Of a stretch of 64,000 nt of DNA, positions 27,708 through 37,689 are shown one piece after another. The stretch is from a virus, in the IMG/VR virus record IMGVR_UViG_3300045988_129623; one strand, 5' to 3'. A program made the position numbers and the translations under genes. Below the pieces are notes generated by a model. That model worked only from the letters and a program-made list of their open reading frames with translations, ran no database searches and was not told the DNA's origin. Within the stretch, counting starts at the first letter, position 1; every line of letters starts with the position of its first letter.

Positions 27708-28844
27708 ATGGAGTTTGGAACATTCGATAACAAAACGACAAAAGTTAACATCCGGAATATTTTCAAAACCTCCAAACAGGTTATGGAGGAGGCGTATGAG
27801 AATATCTTAAAATACAGGCGGGGAGAGCTTATCCCCGCTAAAACCGGATACGATTATATTGATGAGGCTTTGCTTGGAGGTATTTTCCCTCAGCATGCTA
27901 TTGCCATAGGAGCCCGGCCATCTGTAGGTAAATCGTATGTGGCCCAAAAGATATTGGAAAATGTGATGAATCCGATGATCAACCCGCAAGCAGAAGATTA
28001 TTTTCTTGTTAATTGCGAGTTCGAAATGAATCCTCAAGATCTTCTTCTTCGCAGAATGAGCCAGGATATGAAAAAGCGGGCTCCTGAAATATTAAGAAGG
28101 CAAGATTCTAATACAGTAGAAGAGATGAGGCTGTTTGAAATCCTTCAAGGTGAAATCAGAAATAATATAATATACATCGATGCTCCGTGTACGGTAAAAG
28201 AGTTTGAGGCGGCTGTGTATCATATAGCTACCAAACATAAAGACAAACGTCTTATAATATTTAAAGTCGATCATATTGCTTTGATAAAAAGAATGGGATT
28301 AGATCCTAAGTCGGCTATAGATGATTTGGTGGCGGTTATGAACGAAGCTAAATTAGTATATAAAAACATATTTTTCCTCATCATATCCCAATTCAACAGA
28401 GAAATAGAAGGAAGGATAAAAAGCCCACAAGAGCAGCCTCCGCGTCTTTCTGATTTTTACCAGTCTGATACGCTGGGTCAGTTATGTACGTTAATGATAG
28501 GCTTGCACAATCCTCGTAGGTACGGGCTGGATAAGTATATGATATTTGGGAAAGATTGGTATCAGACTCTTGATAGGTTTAAAACTGAAAACAAAACATC
28601 ATTCAGGACAGCCGGACTGGTGTTTCATCATATACTGAAGGTAAGGCAAGTTAGTATGGAAGAGCTTACTAATACAATCCACCCAGAGATACTGCCGGGA
28701 CATGGATGGATGTACGGGGAGGGCGGGACGAAGTTCGTGAACCCCAACCAGCCGCCGACGCCGCCCAAGCTCTATACTGTGGAAGACGTTACGAACAATC
28801 AAGATCAAGAACAAGAGACAAAGGAAGAACAGTCATTGTATTAA
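27708..28844 (+). CDS. DnaB-like replicative helicase (RecA-fold ATPase domain)
   Basis: Walker A IGARPSVGKS; Walker B-like IIFKVDHIAL. Confidence 0.65.
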   Translation: MEFGTFDNKTTKVNIRNIFKTSKQVMEEAYENILKYRRGELIPAKTGYDYIDEALLGGIFPQHAIAIGARPSVGKSYVAQKILENVMNPMINPQAEDYFLVNCEFEMNPQDLLLRRMSQDMKKRAPEILRRQDSNTVEEMRLFEILQGEIRNNIIYIDAPCTVKEFEAAVYHIATKHKDKRLIIFKVDHIALIKRMGLDPKSAIDDLVAVMNEAKLVYKNIFFLIISQFNREIEGRIKSPQEQPPRLSDFYQSDTLGQLCTLMIGLHNPRRYGLDKYMIFGKDWYQTLDRFKTENKTSFRTAGLVFHHILKVRQVSMEELTNTIHPEILPGHGWMYGEGGTKFVNPNQPPTPPKLYTVEDVTNNQDQEQETKEEQSLY

Positions 28845-28859
28845 AAAAAAATAAGAACC

Positions 28860-29462
28860 ATGAGACTAACAGTAGAAGAAAACGAATACCTGATAAGTAA
28901 GTTCCTTTTGGTTCTTACTGAGTTTGCAGGGGATGAAAGAGAGATGTTTTTAATCAACTCCATACATGATAAGGCGGTGGCGGATATGAATTATCGTCTT
29001 CCGTCTTTAATAAGCAGAGAACGTAAAAGACGAGTTATTGAACTCCTTAAAGAAGGAACCAGAATAATCAAGGACTTTTCCGGCTATGCAGGTGATATGG
29101 GTATGATTAACGAATACGATCGCCTAAAGAAAGAAATAGGAACCGTCCAAGATCAGCTTGGCGACGTAGAAGGTCAACTTCGGGCAGCAGGAGAAGTTAT
29201 AAAAAAAGAACTTGATATGATTGCTGACCGAATCAAAGAAGATCTTCTTGACCGAGAGCTGGCTAAGAGTAATGCCGAGGCCGAAAGAAAAGCCAAAGTA
29301 GATCCGAGATATGAAGTAGCTTTAGGTGATTACAAGGAGATGCTGGAAGTGATTTTTACAACCAGAAACAAGTATTCTACGGTAGATTCTGTACATGACG
29401 ATCTTCGACAGTCGGTATCTACCGGTAGAAATTCGATTATCAAAGAAGGGTACAACAGTTAA
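28860..29462 (+). CDS. hypothetical coiled-coil protein (200 aa)
   Basis: ORF track. Confidence 0.7.
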   Translation: MRLTVEENEYLISKFLLVLTEFAGDEREMFLINSIHDKAVADMNYRLPSLISRERKRRVIELLKEGTRIIKDFSGYAGDMGMINEYDRLKKEIGTVQDQLGDVEGQLRAAGEVIKKELDMIADRIKEDLLDRELAKSNAEAERKAKVDPRYEVALGDYKEMLEVIFTTRNKYSTVDSVHDDLRQSVSTGRNSIIKEGYNS

Positions 29463-29477
29463 AAACAAGGAGGAAAT

Positions 29478-29687
29478 ATGGAAAAGAAGGAATTTAAAGT
29501 AGGAGAAGTGTTTGATGCCGGACTTGTGAGATTAAAATGTGTGGATGCTCCAGAGCCAGACTTAGGATGTGAAGGATGTATATTTAATGACCACATTACA
29601 TGCGGGTCGGTAGATGTAGTCGCAGGCCCGTGTAATCACGTAGAGAGGGAGGATGGTAAGGATGTTATTTTTATTAAAGCTGATTAG
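29478..29687 (+). CDS. hypothetical small Cys-containing protein (69 aa)
   Basis: ORF track. Confidence 0.6.
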   Translation: MEKKEFKVGEVFDAGLVRLKCVDAPEPDLGCEGCIFNDHITCGSVDVVAGPCNHVEREDGKDVIFIKAD

Positions 29688-29689
29688 GC

Positions 29690-30403
29690 ATGTACATCAA
29701 TTTCAGACAACTTGCAGCATCAGACATGACTCCTAATGATCTGGCTAATCTTCTTGCTATAAGACAGAAGGATACGGTTATGATCGAAGCCATGCTGGAA
29801 AAAGATGCTGGGAGGTATATAGAGCTTGGCCTGGTTGAGAAATTAAAATCAGGCGTGATGAGATTGACCAACAAAGGAACGTCTTTTGTGAATTATATAG
29901 AGACACCGGAGATGACAGACGAGGTTCTGGAAACGTTGAAGATTATGATAGGAATGTACGAATCGTATTCAAAAGACATAGGTGTCAGCAGAAAAGAAGC
30001 GGAATCCAGGTTGTGTTGGTTTATGGGTAACACCTCATTCAAGAAAGAGGTCATACTTCAGGTAACGGAATCTTATATAGCAGAGTCAGGAGATTATACA
30101 ATGAGCTTATGTAACTTCATATGGAAACCGCCTTCTCAGGCCTTTTCGGTCCATATGAACCTTAAAAATTCAAAGCTCTTTGACTTAATAGCTGAAAAAT
30201 TTAAGATCGCTACCGAGCCTTATTTGGAGTCTAAGAAGAATAAGGAAATGGATTGGTTGTTTGCCGTATCTAAATTGCCTACGCCGCCGGCTAAAGGCAA
30301 TCCGGATTATTTGTTTACCGGAAGTTCTGAAACAGACAAAGAGCGATTGAAAAACATAAAAACGTATTTATTTAACAAAATTAGAAAGCAATGGAAAAAG
30401 TAA
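29690..30403 (+). CDS. hypothetical protein (237 aa)
   Basis: ORF track. Confidence 0.75.
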   Translation: MYINFRQLAASDMTPNDLANLLAIRQKDTVMIEAMLEKDAGRYIELGLVEKLKSGVMRLTNKGTSFVNYIETPEMTDEVLETLKIMIGMYESYSKDIGVSRKEAESRLCWFMGNTSFKKEVILQVTESYIAESGDYTMSLCNFIWKPPSQAFSVHMNLKNSKLFDLIAEKFKIATEPYLESKKNKEMDWLFAVSKLPTPPAKGNPDYLFTGSSETDKERLKNIKTYLFNKIRKQWKK

Positions 30404-30642
30404 GAATCAGAAAGATAATAGAGGATATAATTATTACTCAGTTTCTTAATTCGGAAATAGATATAGTTCATGAAGAAGATGTGACGTTTAAAGAACTTGG
30501 ATTAGATTCTATCGATCAAATTGAACTGGAAATGATGGTGGAACAAAAATTCAATATTGTTATTAATGATTATGATATGGAGACCATCAAAGATATGACT
30601 GATCTTGTTTACAAAATAATAACAGAAGGATATGGGAAGTGA
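30391..30642 (+). CDS. acyl carrier protein-like (83 aa)
   Basis: ACP phosphopantetheine-attachment motif LGLDSIDQIELEMMVEQKF. The size and acidic character fit ACP. Confidence 0.65.
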   Translation: MEKVRIRKIIEDIIITQFLNSEIDIVHEEDVTFKELGLDSIDQIELEMMVEQKFNIVINDYDMETIKDMTDLVYKIITEGYGK

Positions 30643-31126
30643 CATAATTTTATGCATGGCTTTAATAGCGTCATTTGCTTTTGTTATACAGTTTTTGTTG
30701 TCGATATTAGGATCTGATCTGGATACGGATATTGATATTGATGATGCTTCTGATTTAAGTATGTCTTTGTCGGACATCATATCATTCAAGGGCATAACAC
30801 ATTTTATTCTTGGATATAGCTGGACTACCTACTTTTCGGGTTCCCATTTAGTAGGGGTTGTGATAGGGTCGTTTTTCTTTATCGTTTTGTTTTACGTATA
30901 TAAGTTACTTCTTAAGTTAAAGCAAGAAATGGTGTACGAATGTCCGGAAGATTTAAATGGCAGAGAGGTGGAGATAGTGTTTAGATCAGGGAAGAATCAT
31001 TATATGGTAAATATTTCGAAAAATGGAAGACAGGAGCAAATGAGAGTAAGATGCTTGTCTGGAAAAACCTACAAAAACGGTGACAAGGTGAATATAAAAT
31101 ATGAAGAAGGAGAATTAAGTATCTAA
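30632..31126 (+). CDS. NfeD-like membrane protein (short form, YuaF-like), the partner of SPFH/flotillin. The start may be the ATG near 30656
   Basis: N-terminal TM helices plus a C-terminal soluble beta-rich domain; located immediately upstream of the flotillin gene. Confidence 0.6.
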   Translation: MGSDIILCMALIASFAFVIQFLLSILGSDLDTDIDIDDASDLSMSLSDIISFKGITHFILGYSWTTYFSGSHLVGVVIGSFFFIVLFYVYKLLLKLKQEMVYECPEDLNGREVEIVFRSGKNHYMVNISKNGRQEQMRVRCLSGKTYKNGDKVNIKYEEGELSI

Positions 31127-31157
31127 TTTTTTTATCAACAATTAAATTTTAAAAGTT

Positions 31158-32858
31158 ATGACAACAATCATGTACGTGTCAGCTATCTTAGCTGTAGTGA
31201 TTATTTTGACAATCATCGGAGTCTTATCAAGGTATCGTAGATGTAAACCTAATCAGGTCTTGGTCGTTTACGGTAAGACAGGTGGGGAAAAGAAATCGGC
31301 GAAATTATATCATGGTGGAGCGGCATTTGTCTTGCCTATTATTCAAAGCTATGATGTTTTGTCAATGGAGCCTATGCAAATAGATTGCAAGCTTACCGGT
31401 GCTTTGTCATCTCAGAATATTAGAGTAGATGTACCTACGACCATTACAGTAGCTATCAGTACAAATCCCGAAATCATGCAAAATGCGGCAGAAAGACTTT
31501 TGGGGATGGATACCGAATCTACTGAAAATCTTATTACGGACATCGTTTACGGTCAGATGCGTTTGATTATTGCTGAAATGACAATCGAAAAACTTAATTC
31601 TGACAGGGATGAGTTTTTGGATAAGGCGAGAAAGAACATTGATAACGAGCTTAACAAGTTAGGTCTTTACCTCCTGAACATCAACATCAGTGACATCAGA
31701 GACGAAGCCGGTTATATTATGAACCTTGGTAAGGAAGCTGAAAGTAGGGCTCTGAACGAGGCACAGGCTAATATCGAAGAACAGGAGAAGCTGGGTGCTA
31801 TTAAAATTGCTGTACAGCAGAAGGAAAAAGAAACGGCTGTGGCTAATACCAAAAAAGAACAAGAGATTCAAATTGCTTGTACTGAAAAAGAAAAGGAGAC
31901 AATAGTAGCTGAAACGAAGAAAGAAAAAGAAATAGCTTTAGCTTTAACCGATAAAGAGAAACAGATCGGTGTAGCTCAAGCAGATAGAGACAGGGCTGCG
32001 GTTATCGCAAAAACTTTAACCGACAAGGAATCGGCGATCGTAAGATCTAAGGCAGAACTTGAAGTAAATAAAGCCGAGGCTGAAAGAATGGAAGAAGTCG
32101 GAAAGAATAAGGCTGAAGCTGACAAGGAAGCAGCTATAGCAATACAAGACTCTGAAGCTCAGATTAAGAAGGCTGAGGCTGAGAAAAATGCGTCTATAGG
32201 ATACAACAATGCCCAGAAGGAGGTTGCTGTATCAGTATCAGAACTACAGATCATCAAAGCTCAATCAGAGAAGAAGGCCGGAGAAGAAAAAGTTAAATCG
32301 GAAGCGGCTGTAAAAACAGCAAAAGAGCTTGCCGACAAAGAAGTGGAAGAAGCTAAGGCTAAGAAAGTTCAGGCTGCGCTTAAGGCTGAAAAGATTGTGC
32401 CGGCTGAAACCCAGAAGGAAGAGGCTATCTTACAAGCTGATGCCGAGGCCGAGAAGATCAAACGCCGGGCTGAGGCTGAGGCAGCAGCACATTTGGCAAA
32501 AGCTGAGGCAGAGGCAAAAGCTATTCAGATGAAGCTGGAGGCAGAAGCCGAAGGTAAGAAAAAGTCGTTAATGGCAGAAGCCGACGGATTTAAGGCCATG
32601 GTGGAAGCAGCAGAATCCAATCCTCAGATCGCCATCCAGTACAAGATGGTTAATCAGTGGAAAGAAATTGCCGGAGAACAGGTTAAGGCATTTGAGCACA
32701 TTAACCTCGGAAATATCACAGTATTTGACGGCGGTCAGAACAGTACCGGTAATTTCCTTAACAATGTTGTCAAGACCGTCGCTCCGGCATTGGGAGTCAT
32801 TGATCAGCTTCCGATTGCAGATACTTTAAAGAAGCTAAAAGGAGATGACAAAAAATAA
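31158..32858 (+). CDS. flotillin-like SPFH/band-7 protein (FloT/YuaG-like), 566 aa
   Basis: N-terminal TM helix; SPFH domain; long Ala/Glu-rich coiled coil with AEAEA repeats; flotillin-type C-terminus (AEAEAKAIQMKLEAEAEGKKKSLMAEADGFKAMVEAAESNPQIAIQYKMVNQW). Confidence 0.85.
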   Translation: MTTIMYVSAILAVVIILTIIGVLSRYRRCKPNQVLVVYGKTGGEKKSAKLYHGGAAFVLPIIQSYDVLSMEPMQIDCKLTGALSSQNIRVDVPTTITVAISTNPEIMQNAAERLLGMDTESTENLITDIVYGQMRLIIAEMTIEKLNSDRDEFLDKARKNIDNELNKLGLYLLNINISDIRDEAGYIMNLGKEAESRALNEAQANIEEQEKLGAIKIAVQQKEKETAVANTKKEQEIQIACTEKEKETIVAETKKEKEIALALTDKEKQIGVAQADRDRAAVIAKTLTDKESAIVRSKAELEVNKAEAERMEEVGKNKAEADKEAAIAIQDSEAQIKKAEAEKNASIGYNNAQKEVAVSVSELQIIKAQSEKKAGEEKVKSEAAVKTAKELADKEVEEAKAKKVQAALKAEKIVPAETQKEEAILQADAEAEKIKRRAEAEAAAHLAKAEAEAKAIQMKLEAEAEGKKKSLMAEADGFKAMVEAAESNPQIAIQYKMVNQWKEIAGEQVKAFEHINLGNITVFDGGQNSTGNFLNNVVKTVAPALGVIDQLPIADTLKKLKGDDKK

Positions 32859-33011
32859 ATACAATGACCCAAGGTTACACTTGGGCCTAATTGAAGAAAT
32901 AAAAGCAGCATTCATAGATTTCCTGCCGGCAGGAACAGTGCTTTACTAATTACGATATTTTTAACATGGATTTTGGACAAGATTTAGAACCAGAAGAACT
33001 GACCAAGCATT

Positions 33012-33371
33012 ATGATCAGTATTATGGAATTGATTTTGAAACAGAAGAAGAGGAGGATGAAGAGTATGACTGACGAGGAATTTGTATTGGATAATAAGAA
33101 AAGGGTTGTTGTAAGAAAAAGAATATCTTATTTAAGCAAAGGGGATAAAGTGTGGATTGTGTCTTCCGACGGGTATCTGCTACACACGGACGTAGTTAGA
33201 GCCGAACGCGGACGGTCTTATGTGGATATAGACGGCATCCTGTATTGGAAGCGAGGATTAGATGGCAAGCATCGTAATCGTAATAACTACATGCAGTTTG
33301 CCATGACACCAGAAGACGGTAAGAAGTATGTCGTATATTACCCGGAAGGATTTAAAGACAATGACTTATGA
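33012..33371 (+). CDS. hypothetical protein. The start is possibly at the internal ATG near 33063, which is preceded by a GAGGAGG-like motif
   Basis: ORF track. Confidence 0.6.
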   Translation: MISIMELILKQKKRRMKSMTDEEFVLDNKKRVVVRKRISYLSKGDKVWIVSSDGYLLHTDVVRAERGRSYVDIDGILYWKRGLDGKHRNRNNYMQFAMTPEDGKKYVVYYPEGFKDNDL

Positions 33372-34387
33372 TGGTCCCGGAAACGCATTTGCTATATAAG
33401 GAGTTTAATGGTGTGAAACGTCTTGCCATATCTTATTCCCAGATAGATACGTTTCTTACCTGTCCAATGAAATGGTATAAGACTTACGTAGAGGGCAAAA
33501 GGTCTACGGAAAAACAAGAAGCTACGTCTTATGGTACGGTTATCCATAAGACACTGGAATACTTTTTTAAGAACGGAAGACAGCCTTCTGGTAAAGACCT
33601 TGGAGAAGCGATAAGTTACTATGCTTACCAAGAAGACATACCTTGGCAATCACCGGAAAATATGATGATGGCCATGAAGCAATCTGGGGAACTTCTTGCT
33701 TGGATTGTGGATCTGTTCAAAAAAGACGGCAATAGGTTTATGATAGCTGATAGTGATCTTAATCCCTGTGAAAAACTTATCAGACACGGCGCTATAGTTG
33801 GAGTCGAAGAAGATTTTGTGCTGCCGTATCGTCTTCCTAAGCCTGTTGATATAAATGGTGACGTTCATACACATGTGTACATAGTAGGATCGGTAGACCT
33901 TCATCTGGCTATAAAAAGCAAGAACGTAGTTCACCATTATGTCATAGATTGGAAATCAGGAAATAAGGTTTTTGATTCTAAGAAATTGGAAACGAATTTA
34001 CAGCATCCTATATATTCATTTTACATCTATAGAAAATATGGTGGAGTTTTGCCAGATATGAACATCTATTTCTTTACCAGAACCAGGCAGTACCAAAAGG
34101 TTAAGGTAGATGAGGAACGTAAAACAAAATCTATAGAGATGCTAAATGACACTTTATCCAAAATGTATGATTTTGAAGATAATAGTGTAAAAACATTTCA
34201 AGCGTACATCCAGGGAGCAGAAGGAGCCAGGTATAGCAAGCGGCGCGCCACCCTAAGTCAGCCTGTTCCGCAAAACAAGCTACCCTGCCCGTCAGCACTG
34301 TGTTATTATTGTGACTTTGGATTACATAACAAAAACGAATGCCCTTTCTCTTCAGATTGGGATCCGTCTAAAAAGATAAAACGATGA
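33368..34387 (+). CDS. PD-(D/E)XK nuclease (RecB/Cas4-like) with a C-terminal Cys cluster
   Basis: SYSQIDTFLTCPMKWY N-terminal motif; VIDWKSGNK (D-x-K); C-terminal CPSALCYYCDF...CPF cysteines. Confidence 0.8.
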   Translation: MMVPETHLLYKEFNGVKRLAISYSQIDTFLTCPMKWYKTYVEGKRSTEKQEATSYGTVIHKTLEYFFKNGRQPSGKDLGEAISYYAYQEDIPWQSPENMMMAMKQSGELLAWIVDLFKKDGNRFMIADSDLNPCEKLIRHGAIVGVEEDFVLPYRLPKPVDINGDVHTHVYIVGSVDLHLAIKSKNVVHHYVIDWKSGNKVFDSKKLETNLQHPIYSFYIYRKYGGVLPDMNIYFFTRTRQYQKVKVDEERKTKSIEMLNDTLSKMYDFEDNSVKTFQAYIQGAEGARYSKRRATLSQPVPQNKLPCPSALCYYCDFGLHNKNECPFSSDWDPSKKIKR

Positions 34388-34526
34388 AATACGAGGATGT
34401 TCAAAAGTTAAGAACAAAATACCGGCAAGATCCGGAAGTTATAAACTTGACATACATGAGAGATGTTGCTGTACGATGCGAGAATTTCAAGAAAGCGTTT
34501 GAGCTTCAGGAGAAGATGGAGGATAT

Positions 34527-34883
34527 ATGGTTCAACTATTTAAAAGGAGTCCAATGAAAGAAGATCTAATATGTGGAGTAGCGATCCTTTTGTTTTTAGT
34601 TTTGTTATACTTACTCACGATAGCTTTCATAAAAACAGGTAGAGCAGTAGATCGTTATAAGATGAAGAAGAAAACTGACAAAATCAAAGTCGGTCAAAGA
34701 TACGAATATGAGAGCTACTTTAAGAATCCATTTGAAAGAGGCAAGCATGTGATTAAGATATTAGACATAAAAGAAGGGTACGCTCTATATGAGTACGAAG
34801 AAAAACTATATATACGTTCTTCTGTGAGTCTTGAAGATATTGTTAAAATATATGTTTTAATTACTGATGTTAAACACAAGTAA
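34527..34883 (+). CDS. hypothetical membrane-anchored protein (118 aa)
   Basis: N-terminal hydrophobic segment. Confidence 0.6.
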   Translation: MVQLFKRSPMKEDLICGVAILLFLVLLYLLTIAFIKTGRAVDRYKMKKKTDKIKVGQRYEYESYFKNPFERGKHVIKILDIKEGYALYEYEEKLYIRSSVSLEDIVKIYVLITDVKHK

Positions 34884-34886
34884 GTC

Positions 34887-35264
34887 ATGAAAAAAGAAGT
34901 TACAATCAAGGAAGATATGGCTGCGTTTTATAAAAATGCAGGAAAGGAACTATGGATTTATAACGGACTTTTCAGAAACAAGGTATTGTCTATAAAAAAA
35001 GATAAAGCCATTATCATGTGTGAAACCAATGCTGAATATGCTGTACTGATAGAAGATAATCAGTTTATTACCGTAGCAAAAAACATGGATTATGATTACT
35101 GCTGCGCATTCACATTAGGTAATGCCGAGGCTTATGGAGATCGTATGGGCATATCGTGCAGTGTATGCTTGCTTGAAGATAACGAAGATAAAGCAAGGGA
35201 GATGTTGAAAGAGGCGATAATAGAACTTTCAAAAAATAATATAATAGATTGTGATGGGCTTTGA
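34887..35264 (+). CDS. hypothetical protein (125 aa)
   Basis: ORF track. Confidence 0.65.
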   Translation: MKKEVTIKEDMAAFYKNAGKELWIYNGLFRNKVLSIKKDKAIIMCETNAEYAVLIEDNQFITVAKNMDYDYCCAFTLGNAEAYGDRMGISCSVCLLEDNEDKAREMLKEAIIELSKNNIIDCDGL

Positions 35265-36675
35265 ACTTAGACCTTACCAAAAAGAGGCAGTAGATGCCGG
35301 GCTTAAGTTTCTTACAGGAAGATCTAAGAAGCCTGGCATAATCGTAGCCCCATGCGGATGTGGAAAGAGCCTTCTGATATCCAAGATAGCACATGAAATA
35401 AATAGACCGACATTAGTATTACAGCCCTCAAAAGAGATTCTGGAGCAGAATTATGCGAAGGCCGTATCATTCGGTTCTGAACCTACTATATATTCTGCTT
35501 CATGTGGTATAAAGGAGCTGTCGGCTATGACTTATGCAACATTAAAGAGCATAAAGAAAGATGTAGCGAGGTTGAAGGATATAGGGATAGATACCTTATT
35601 GATAGACGAATGTCATTCAGGATATTCTCCTGAAGAAGGTTCTGAATTTATGGAGTTTATGAACGGGTTTCCAGAGGCGAAGGTGCTGGGCTTCACCGCC
35701 ACTCCCTGCCGCCTCCGAACCTACAGTTCCATGCTGGAAGGAAACTACAGCAAGCTCAATATGCTGACGAAAGACGAGCATAACTTCTTCAAGAAAATAG
35801 TTCATGTGACTCAAATACAAGAACTAACTTCTCAAGGGTTTTGGTGTCCACTTAAGTACGAACGATGGTCGTTTGATGAATCGGCTCTGATGTTAAACAG
35901 TACCGGAGCCGAATACACCAACGAATCTATTAAAGAAAGTATTGTACGAAACGGCTTAAACAACTCTATCTACAAGCGCCTTCTTCAACTTATGAACGAG
36001 CGTAAAGCCATTTTGGTTTGCATGGATTCTATCGAATCATGTAATAGAATATCAGAGTTCATGAATGCCAGGATGGGAGCCATAACCGGTGTCGTAACAT
36101 CGCTAACAACCAAAAAGAAAAGAGAGCAAATTATATCAGATTTCAAAGAAGGTAAGTTGAAAGTGGTTTTTAATTATTCAACGCTTGCTACCGGATTTGA
36201 TTTTCCTGAACTTGATTGCGTGATGTTTGGGCGACCAACTTTCTCATATTCAACTTATTACCAAATATTAGGCCGCGCCGTCCGCATCCATCCTGACAAG
36301 AAAGAGGCGCTGATAGTTGATTGCTGCGACAACATGAGGCGTTTCGGTCGGATAGAAGACCTGACAATTGAGCAATTCCCTTCTAAGGGCTGGTGTATGT
36401 TTGCCGGCGATCAACTTCTGTCTAATATAAGGATGGGTGATATTATTACCAAAGACGAGATCCTTCGTCGGGCAGCCTCGCTTAAATCTGTGAATGGAGA
36501 TGGTAGGAGAGAAGACGATCTTGACAGTATAATAATGTGGTTTGGAAAATATGAAGGAATTAGATTCAAGGACATACCGGTGTCGTATTTTAGGTTCTTG
36601 GCTGAGAATATGGTAGTAAAACCAGGAGATAGAAAAGAAAAGGTTATAGAATATTATAATAGGATAAAAGCATGA
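35251..36675 (+). CDS. superfamily-2 DNA helicase (XPB/ERCC3/UvsW-like; type III restriction res-subunit fold)
   Basis: RPYQ Q-motif; Walker A APCGCGKS; DEAH-box variant IDECHS; motif III TATP; helicase C-terminal domain. Confidence 0.9.
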   Translation: MMGFELRPYQKEAVDAGLKFLTGRSKKPGIIVAPCGCGKSLLISKIAHEINRPTLVLQPSKEILEQNYAKAVSFGSEPTIYSASCGIKELSAMTYATLKSIKKDVARLKDIGIDTLLIDECHSGYSPEEGSEFMEFMNGFPEAKVLGFTATPCRLRTYSSMLEGNYSKLNMLTKDEHNFFKKIVHVTQIQELTSQGFWCPLKYERWSFDESALMLNSTGAEYTNESIKESIVRNGLNNSIYKRLLQLMNERKAILVCMDSIESCNRISEFMNARMGAITGVVTSLTTKKKREQIISDFKEGKLKVVFNYSTLATGFDFPELDCVMFGRPTFSYSTYYQILGRAVRIHPDKKEALIVDCCDNMRRFGRIEDLTIEQFPSKGWCMFAGDQLLSNIRMGDIITKDEILRRAASLKSVNGDGRREDDLDSIIMWFGKYEGIRFKDIPVSYFRFLAENMVVKPGDRKEKVIEYYNRIKA

Positions 36676-37028
36676 ACAACAAGAGAAGAAAAAAAATATC
36701 GGATGTTATTAACAACGTAAATAAGTATAAAACAGATTTTGAATACATCAAATCAAAGTTATCGGAGTTGAAGTGCAACATAAATTCAGCCAAAGATGAT
36801 GTTGATATGATTTTAGACGAAGAGACTGAGGCGAGAGATAATATACCGGAATCGTTACAAGACTCAGAAAGATATTGGGAATCAGATCAGGCTGTAACTG
36901 ATATGGAGGAGGTGGTTGATGACATGGAAAGTATTATAAATGATATAGATGATGTGATTTCAACCATAGATGGGAGCATTAAAACCATAAATGGTTCTAT
37001 TAAAGTAAATTTGGAAGGAGTAATATAA
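36672..37028 (+). CDS. highly acidic hypothetical protein (118 aa)
   Basis: Long Asp/Glu-rich C-terminal half. Confidence 0.65.
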   Translation: MNNKRRKKISDVINNVNKYKTDFEYIKSKLSELKCNINSAKDDVDMILDEETEARDNIPESLQDSERYWESDQAVTDMEEVVDDMESIINDIDDVISTIDGSIKTINGSIKVNLEGVI

Positions 37029-37316
37029 ATGAAAACAAATGAATTAAGGGAAATACTTAAATTGTATGGTCTTCAACATGATGTTGTTATCAACAAAAGT
37101 TCAAGAAGGTATTCTATTATCTTAGACAATAACATAATAGGAACCAATCACGACAAAGAGAGGGTGGTTGTGTTCCGTCCTATACCGGAAGGAAAAAACA
37201 CATTCTGCATGGAGCGAGATAGGTTCTACACGGAGTTTGAAGAAGCTTTTGATGATGATAAAGCCATAGAAGCCGTAAGACAATATTTTGAAAACAATAA
37301 AAACAGAAAGTCATGA
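37029..37316 (+). CDS. hypothetical protein (95 aa)
   Basis: ORF track. Confidence 0.6.
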   Translation: MKTNELREILKLYGLQHDVVINKSSRRYSIILDNNIIGTNHDKERVVVFRPIPEGKNTFCMERDRFYTEFEEAFDDDKAIEAVRQYFENNKNRKS

Positions 37317-37657
37317 ACGAAAATGAAATATTTAGATTAAAGGGAAGAATAGCCATATCCAACCTATCACGCGAGGACAAGGATATGATAAATAGCATCC
37401 TTGATGGTATCAATAAAAAGGATGAAGATGAAAAAGGATATCTCTATACCGTGAGAGTAAAACTAAACAACGGAAGTCTTGCACATGCTACTTTATTTTT
37501 TAAAAGCGAGACAGGCCCTACATTTGAAGACTTAAAGAAGGAGCTTGATGATATGGGAATTAAAGATGATGATTATAGCGATAGTGGCATAATTATCATT
37601 AACCGCATTGTTATGAGCGGAGAAGAATTTGATCGTTTTGTAAAAAAAAAAGAGTGA
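37313..37657 (+). CDS. hypothetical protein (114 aa)
   Basis: ORF track; ATGA overlap. Confidence 0.6.
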   Translation: MNENEIFRLKGRIAISNLSREDKDMINSILDGINKKDEDEKGYLYTVRVKLNNGSLAHATLFFKSETGPTFEDLKKELDDMGIKDDDYSDSGIIIINRIVMSGEEFDRFVKKKE

Positions 37658-37689
37658 TGGACTATATTAATTAAAACAACGATAAAACA

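Noticed and set aside
32329-32532. Arg/Lys-rich 67-aa ORF in an alternate frame of the flotillin gene.
   Set aside because: It is an artefact of the GAA/GCT-rich EA-repeat coiled-coil coding sequence read out of frame.
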